DNA from: an uncultured virus (IMG/VR IMGVR_UViG_2061766007_004224)
Lineage: Duplodnaviria; Heunggongvirae; Uroviricota; Caudoviricetes
DNA length: 20,000 bases
Virus record (IMG/VR): IMGVR_UViG_2061766007_004224
Direction: 5' to 3' (one strand)
Shown here in pieces: positions 15,182 to 20,000 of this stretch. The notes beneath the pieces were generated by a model. The model was not told the DNA's origin and did no database searches. It saw nothing but the letters and a program-made list of their open reading frames with translations. Position 1 is the first letter of the stretch. Each line of letters starts with the position of its first letter. Position numbers and translations under genes: made by a program.

Positions 15182-15216
15182 ACAGCCTTCGGTTCATCCG
15201 AGGGCTGTTTACTTTT
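15182..15216 (+). terminator. Rho-independent terminator after the moron
   Basis: ACAGCCTTCGG-TTCAT-CCGAGGGCTGT followed by TTACTTTT. Confidence 0.8.
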
Positions 15217-15220
15217 GCGT

Positions 15221-15398
15221 GCATTTGTTCGCGGATGTAAACGGATGTTTTGCGTCCCTTTTCTCTCCCCCTCACCCCCTCTTATAACCCTATACGTTGT
15301 GTTGTTTATTATATTCTACATCTCACATAATACGAATAACGAATATCGAATAACGGGAACATCTGCAAGCATCTGTTTGCATCTGTTTGCGAATGTTC
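15221..15398. repeat. Non-coding 10-bp and 7-bp direct repeat arrays
   Basis: GCATTTGTTC/GCGGATGTAA/ACGGATGTTT (15221-15250); CGAATA x3 at 7-bp period (15333-15352); CATCTG x3 at 10-bp period, including GCATCTGTTT x2 (15360-15398). Confidence 0.7.
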
Positions 15399-15449
15399 GT
15401 AGGAGCAGTATTAACGTAGTAAAAATTTTCGTATTTTTGTGTTTGCCTA

Positions 15450-15478
15450 TTGCAATTTATCTTATAATGTGGTAAGAT
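15450..15478 (+). promoter_or_regulatory. Sigma-A-type promoter of the early operon
   Basis: TTGCAA (15450-15455), 17-bp spacer containing TG, TAAGAT (15473-15478); AT-rich upstream tract. Confidence 0.75.
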
Positions 15479-15533
15479 ATAGATGATGAAACCAACACCA
15501 ACCACCCAGAGGGCAGAATGAGGAGGAGCGACA

Positions 15534-15755
15534 ATGAAAGCCAGTATGATGATGAAGTCCACGAACACGGAATTTCAGGCCATCTTAGCCCGCAGGCGCG
15601 GAACCCCGAAGGGCGTTATGCTCTCCCGCATCCTGAAGTCTGGCAAGCCCGGCAAGCCCACCTTCTATCAGTTCTTCGGTTGCGAGCACTCCGCTCAGGA
15701 CGTTATCAACCGCATGGAAAGCAACAATCCCGGCGATAAGTGGGTTGAGGCGTAA
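15534..15755 (+). CDS. Hypothetical small basic early protein
   Basis: GAGGAGG RBS; first ORF after the promoter. Confidence 0.7.
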   Translation: MKASMMMKSTNTEFQAILARRRGTPKGVMLSRILKSGKPGKPTFYQFFGCEHSAQDVINRMESNNPGDKWVEA

Positions 15756-15786
15756 GACGGCAGAAATAGATCAGGAGGACAGAGCC

Positions 15787-16989
15787 ATGAAAGAAACCTA
15801 CACCATCCCCGAAGTGAGGCGCGAGGACGTTCAGAAACTGATCGCCCGCCACCAGCGCAAGGCTGAAAAGTACGGCGCTCCACTGACCGTCGAGTACGGC
15901 GAACCCTACGCAAAGAGCATCCCGGTCTACGAAACGGACGGCTACGTCCAGACGAAGGTTGACGAAGTGCTCTACGAAGTCTTCGACATGACCATCGAGA
16001 GCGAGATCATCCGCAAGGACGGCTACACGGTGGTTGCGAAGATCGAACATCTGGAGGGCGGCAACGTGGTCAGCACCTTCGGCTGTGACTGCCTGCCTGA
16101 ATGGGCGACGATGCCGCCGCATTGCGATCATTGCAACGGCAACCACGGCCAGCGCGTGACCTTCATCGTCCGGCATGAGGACGGAACGGAGAAGCAAGTG
16201 GGTCGCACCTGCCTGAAAGACTATTGCGGCATCAATCCGCAGGCCATCGGCTGGGCGAACGAGCTGAACGAGATTCTGCTCGACGAGGACATCGACCGTT
16301 ACGATTGGGACGAGCACCCCATCCGTCCGGCGCTCTACACCAGCGACGTGCTGGCGCTGGCCGTAATGCTCCAGCGGACCAAGGGCTACACCGCGTCCTC
16401 TGAGCGCATGAGCAACAAGGAGATGCTGACCCATCTGGTCGCCGAGCGCGAGGAAGCCCCTCAGCAGGATTGCGACCGGGCAAAGGAAATCGAGGATGCC
16501 ATCAAAGCGATGACCAGGGACGAAGCCTTCGATGCCTGCCTGAACAACGTCAAGAGCCTGCTGGATTGCGGGTACTGCAAGGAAGGCCACTTCGGGTATA
16601 TCGCCTACGCTCCACTGGCTTTCGAGCGGTATCAGAAAAAGCTGGCTGCAAAAGCGGACCGCGAAGCCGCCAAGAGCGCAGAACGCGCCGCCTCTCAGTA
16701 CGTCGGTGAGATCGGGCAGCGGCTGACAGTCGATGCGGCTGAGATCACCCTGCTGACCTCGTGGGAAGGGGATTGGGGCTGGACCTATCTCTACAAGATC
16801 GTGGACACGCAGGGCAACGTCCTGATCTGGTACGCCTCTAAGGTATTCGGGCATTGGGTCGAGGATGAGCATGGGGTTGAAAACTACGAAGAATACAAGG
16901 GACAGTTGAAGATCAAGGCGACCGTGAAAGACCACTCCGAGCGCGACGGTGTGCGGCAGACCATCATCACCCGCTGCTCGGCGGCATGA
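15787..16989 (+). CDS. Hypothetical protein with a CDHC...GRTC metal motif and a possible C-terminal OB-fold
   Basis: AGGAGG RBS before ATG 15787; 400 aa; SQYVGEIGQRL...IKATVKDH...QTIITR beta-rich C-terminus. Confidence 0.75.
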   Translation: MKETYTIPEVRREDVQKLIARHQRKAEKYGAPLTVEYGEPYAKSIPVYETDGYVQTKVDEVLYEVFDMTIESEIIRKDGYTVVAKIEHLEGGNVVSTFGCDCLPEWATMPPHCDHCNGNHGQRVTFIVRHEDGTEKQVGRTCLKDYCGINPQAIGWANELNEILLDEDIDRYDWDEHPIRPALYTSDVLALAVMLQRTKGYTASSERMSNKEMLTHLVAEREEAPQQDCDRAKEIEDAIKAMTRDEAFDACLNNVKSLLDCGYCKEGHFGYIAYAPLAFERYQKKLAAKADREAAKSAERAASQYVGEIGQRLTVDAAEITLLTSWEGDWGWTYLYKIVDTQGNVLIWYASKVFGHWVEDEHGVENYEEYKGQLKIKATVKDHSERDGVRQTIITRCSAA

Positions 16990-17003
16990 AAGGAGGAAGA
17001 CCC

Positions 17004-17168
17004 GTGAGGAGAAAGCGGAAGTATATCTGGGCGTATCTGGACGGCGAAAAACTGGTCGAAGTGATTCAGGCGGCCCTCGACAACAACATGATGGTCGATG
17101 ATCTGAAGAAGGTTTTGGTTCAGGAGAACCCCGGTCACATTGTCACATTCAAGATCGAAGAATATTGA
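17004..17168 (+). CDS. Hypothetical protein (54 aa)
   Basis: AAAGGAGG RBS before GTG 17004. Confidence 0.65.
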   Translation: MRRKRKYIWAYLDGEKLVEVIQAALDNNMMVDDLKKVLVQENPGHIVTFKIEEY

Positions 17169-17181
17169 GGAGGGAATAGAA

Positions 17182-17418
17182 ATGAGAAATTACCCAGTTC
17201 TTGTCACCGAATTGCTTCAAGCCACCGTCAACGTCAAGGCCAACAGTGCGGTGGAAGCCGTTGCCAAGGTGAAAGAATCGTGGGCTGGCGGCGGCATCAT
17301 GCTGGACGAAGAACACTTCACTGGCGTTGAGATCAGCGCCTGCGAAGGTAGCCTGAAATCCATCCTGCACCGCGACAAGTACGGAAACGAGTACTTGGAA
17401 GGGAGGGCTGCGAAATGA
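17182..17418 (+). CDS. DpnD/PcfM-like small protein
   Basis: GAGGAGG RBS; YPVLVTELLQATVNVKANSAVEAVAKVKESW...IMLDEEHFTGVEI matches the family pattern as recalled. Confidence 0.7.
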   Translation: MRNYPVLVTELLQATVNVKANSAVEAVAKVKESWAGGGIMLDEEHFTGVEISACEGSLKSILHRDKYGNEYLEGRAAK

Positions 17419-17960
17419 TGCAGGGCATCTACTCGGAGTACAGTGAGTATGACCAGAAGTACAAGGCCCGGAAAGAGCAACTGGAGAGGCTGATCTACAA
17501 GCATAAGCGGACGCTGGAACGCCTCGAACACAGTCATCAAGGCTGGTTTGATCGGGTACTCGTCCCGCTGGCTGTCGCCATTTCATCCGAATTGGGCGGT
17601 CTGCCATATGAGTTCTACGGTCCCTTCGGTCTGAGCTGTGAAACGTCCGTCTATTTCTTCCCGACCGATGGTCACGACATCTGCAAGGATGAAACGTACA
17701 GCCTGACGGTCTTTCCCGAATGGAGCGAGGGCGGCTACGGCTACAGGGACGGATTCTATCTGGCCTACGATACGGGCCGCAGGATGAATCGGTATAAGCC
17801 GGGAAGCATCGGCGATCTGAACCGCTTCAACACGGTAAAGGAAGAACTGCCGGACAGTCTGGAAGAGATCATTGCCCTGCTGAAACATAGCCACTACGAG
17901 GGCGAAGGCTGGGACATGGCTATTAAAGTATCTCAGGAAATGGAGGAGGAAAGAAAATGA
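17415..17960 (+). CDS. Hypothetical protein
   Basis: GGGAGG RBS and ATGA overlap; 181 aa. Confidence 0.75.
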   Translation: MMQGIYSEYSEYDQKYKARKEQLERLIYKHKRTLERLEHSHQGWFDRVLVPLAVAISSELGGLPYEFYGPFGLSCETSVYFFPTDGHDICKDETYSLTVFPEWSEGGYGYRDGFYLAYDTGRRMNRYKPGSIGDLNRFNTVKEELPDSLEEIIALLKHSHYEGEGWDMAIKVSQEMEEERK

Positions 17961-18385
17961 TCTTCGGCAAGAAAGAGAAAGCCATGAGTGAGTTCGAGTT
18001 TGCAGCGGCGGTTCTTCAGGAAAAGCACGACCGCCTCAGCAATCCGAACACGGAGCTGGCCGCAAAGCTCCGCAGCACAATCGGTCTTCTGAAGTACCGC
18101 GAGAAGATGGAACAGCAGACGGTCAGGCCGCTCTGCCCGGCAGACTTCGAGGGCAATACGAATGTTGACCCAAGAGGCGCACTGGCGAGCTGGCAGACGA
18201 ATTTCTGGCATCATTACGGCTGGAAGCCCGTCACGCAGGATTGCGTGGACTATTACCACACCGAGGATTATACGGGCATCGTGTTCTGGACGGGAAAACC
18301 GAGCGATGAGCAGATCGAGGAAGTCCTCGCTGACCGCGAGAAGAACGGCCACATCTGGAAATCGTGGAGGGAGCAAAGAGAATGA
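17957..18385 (+). CDS. Hypothetical protein
   Basis: GGAGGAGG RBS and ATGA overlap; 142 aa. Confidence 0.75.
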   Translation: MIFGKKEKAMSEFEFAAAVLQEKHDRLSNPNTELAAKLRSTIGLLKYREKMEQQTVRPLCPADFEGNTNVDPRGALASWQTNFWHHYGWKPVTQDCVDYYHTEDYTGIVFWTGKPSDEQIEEVLADREKNGHIWKSWREQRE

Positions 18386-18591
18386 AAATCAAGTACGTCC
18401 ACATCAGCAATCCGTCCGTCGAGAAGGTCTATGATACGACGAGGGGGCTTCGCGGATGCGAGGGCTTGCTCTCGAATCTGGGCTCATTTCCATCTCAGGA
18501 GGAGTGGGACCGCTCAGAATTGTTCAACTTCGAGCGGGACAGGCAGCGCGGTCTGATACTTCAGTATGAGATCGTAGAGGAGGGAGAATAA
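18382..18591 (+). CDS. Hypothetical protein
   Basis: GGAGG RBS and ATGA overlap at 18382. Confidence 0.7.
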   Translation: MKIKYVHISNPSVEKVYDTTRGLRGCEGLLSNLGSFPSQEEWDRSELFNFERDRQRGLILQYEIVEEGE

Positions 18592-18783
18592 GTGAACAAA
18601 GAAGAGTTCATGGAATGGGTCAGAAAGACCTTCGACGTTCCCGGACCCGCCCAGCGCCTCATGGAGAATATTCTCGATTACGTCGAGAAGCTGCCGGAGG
18701 AAGAACACTACTCAGCATTGACCGATCTGCTGTCTGGAGCCATCGGCTTGACCGATAGCGAGATCAGGAAAATCAGCCTGTGA
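18592..18783 (+). CDS. Hypothetical protein
   Basis: GAGGAGG RBS; GTG start abuts the previous stop. Confidence 0.7.
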   Translation: MNKEEFMEWVRKTFDVPGPAQRLMENILDYVEKLPEEEHYSALTDLLSGAIGLTDSEIRKISL

Positions 18784-18797
18784 GGAGGAAAGGAGGT

Positions 18798-19103
18798 ATG
18801 AACACTGTGAAATGTCAGAACTGCAACGCTGTCTTTGCGGAGACGGAGATGTCGATTCCCGGTCATTGCCCGTTCTGCCTGTCTCCGAAGGTGAAGGAAG
18901 TGGTGACGGTCATTCCTCTGGATGACAGTCAGCTCGAAACGCTCTGGTGCATCTTCGGCGATATTCCCATGGACCCCGTGACCGAAGAGATCGAGGACAG
19001 CTTCATCGGCTTTCCTGCCGGGACGCATCGGGAGGAAATCTGGCACTGGTTCGACGAGCGGTACAGCCGAGGCGTACACGCTCTGATGGAGGAGGTGGGA
19101 TGA
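18798..19103 (+). CDS. Zinc-ribbon hypothetical protein
   Basis: AGGAGG RBS; CQNC...CPFC; FPAGTHREEIWHWFDERY motif. Confidence 0.7.
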   Translation: MNTVKCQNCNAVFAETEMSIPGHCPFCLSPKVKEVVTVIPLDDSQLETLWCIFGDIPMDPVTEEIEDSFIGFPAGTHREEIWHWFDERYSRGVHALMEEVG

Positions 19104-19376
19104 ATGGCTGAAAGCATTCAGGAAGCTATCGAAATCACGAAAACGGCTTATGAAATGTGGGAGTATGATCGTGACTGCGGCGAAGACTGGAGTGACGTGC
19201 ATGACAGCAAAGGCATGGCGATAGATGCGCTCAACAAGCAGCAGCCTCAACCGCCCATATACATGAAAGGGAGATATTTCAGATCACCGAAATGTAGCCG
19301 TTGCAATGAATGGTTCCCGACTGGTAAAAAGCCGAATTTTTGCTCAAACTGCGGACAGGCGGTGAAATGGGAATGA
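19104..19376 (+). CDS. Hypothetical protein with C-terminal zinc ribbon
   Basis: GGAGGAGG RBS; AIDALNKQ...CSRC...FCSNCGQAVKW. Confidence 0.75.
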   Translation: MAESIQEAIEITKTAYEMWEYDRDCGEDWSDVHDSKGMAIDALNKQQPQPPIYMKGRYFRSPKCSRCNEWFPTGKKPNFCSNCGQAVKWE

Positions 19377-19627
19377 CCAGATACCACATATCGACGAGCA
19401 TTGCAGGAATCCTCAACCTCTCGGATTATCGGCTCAAAAAGATGCTGCCATATGTCAAACGAGACGGCCAGCCTTTTCAGACCGTAGGGCAGCTCAGGAA
19501 GGCGCTCAGAGGCGAGTTGGAGAGCGGCCATCTCTATATCCCTGCCGAAGGATGCACGAATTTCGACCCGCTCAAAGGCTGCCTTGGCTGCCCATCGAAA
19601 GAACAGGAGGTGGCCCAAGATGAGTAA
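19373..19627 (+). CDS. Hypothetical protein
   Basis: ATGA overlap; C-terminal CTNFDPLKGCLGC motif. Confidence 0.65.
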   Translation: MTRYHISTSIAGILNLSDYRLKKMLPYVKRDGQPFQTVGQLRKALRGELESGHLYIPAEGCTNFDPLKGCLGCPSKEQEVAQDE

Positions 19628-20000
19628 TTTCTGCGTCTCTTGCGGGCAGGAGATTCCTGAAGGAGGCTGGGTCTGTTCTATCTGCCAGATGGAAGCATCC
19701 GAAAAAACGGATGAAGGGAGGTCGCTCTGCAATCTGATACGGCGCGAGGACGCTATACGGTCCATCCAAAAGGTCGTCGTTTCTCCACGAGGCGGCTATA
19801 TGACAAAGGCAAAGATTGTCGCGGCAATTCAGAACGACACTATCACGCCGCCCGTCGAAGCCGTCCCACTCCACGCCCTCTGTAAGTATCTGGCTGACTA
19901 TGCCGCACCGCCCATCAGATCGCCGCTTGCCACGTTTGGCAGCCTCGAAGAGGCTTGGCGGTTTTTCTTCACAAAGACGGACTGGCAGGACTGTCGCTGA
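19620..20000 (+). CDS. Hypothetical protein with N-terminal zinc ribbon
   Basis: AGGAGG RBS; CVSCG...CSIC; TGA at 19998-20000. Confidence 0.7.
   Translation: MSNFCVSCGQEIPEGGWVCSICQMEASEKTDEGRSLCNLIRREDAIRSIQKVVVSPRGGYMTKAKIVAAIQNDTITPPVEAVPLHALCKYLADYAAPPIRSPLATFGSLEEAWRFFFTKTDWQDCR

Noticed and set aside
15221..15398. CRISPR array or small ORFs (15215-15475, 15323-15568)
   Set aside because: The repeats are 6-10 bp and contiguous with no spacers; the ORFs lack RBSs and cross the promoter.
1..20000. Second VR/target for the DGR within the window
   Set aside because: No other copy of the TR-constant segments (GAGCGGTTCCCTCGTCGCGG, GGCGTGCGCTCCGGC) was noticed by eye; remote targets outside the window cannot be excluded.

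Overview
This window is a 20-kb segment of a tailed phage or prophage, probably of a Clostridia-like Firmicute, with all genes on the + strand. It runs in order through: the 3' part of a tape-measure gene; a PBSX-type (XkdP/Q/R/S/T/U-like) contractile-tail baseplate cluster; a short tail fibre and small accessory genes; a complete diversity-generating retroelement (DGR); a lysis cassette; an independently expressed Zn-finger moron; a repeat-rich non-coding region; and a promoter-driven early operon of mostly hypothetical genes. The DGR has a C-type-lectin-fold target (8128-9333) whose C-terminal variable repeat (VR, 9205-9322) aligns without gaps to a template repeat (TR, 9834-9951), with 19 of 20 mismatches at TR adenines. 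It also has a GAAA-loop hairpin, an avd gene and a YMDD reverse transcriptase. Less expected details: a CBM5/12-like module inside the DGR target, long-range RNA pairing that brackets the TR, a three-domain endolysin with an in-frame internal start, mutually exclusive hairpins before the lysis membrane gene, a signal-peptide-bearing holin-like gene, and an unannotated tandem paralogue pair. A 32-N gap lies at 6413-6444. Family assignments come from motif recognition and synteny only; no database searches were run.
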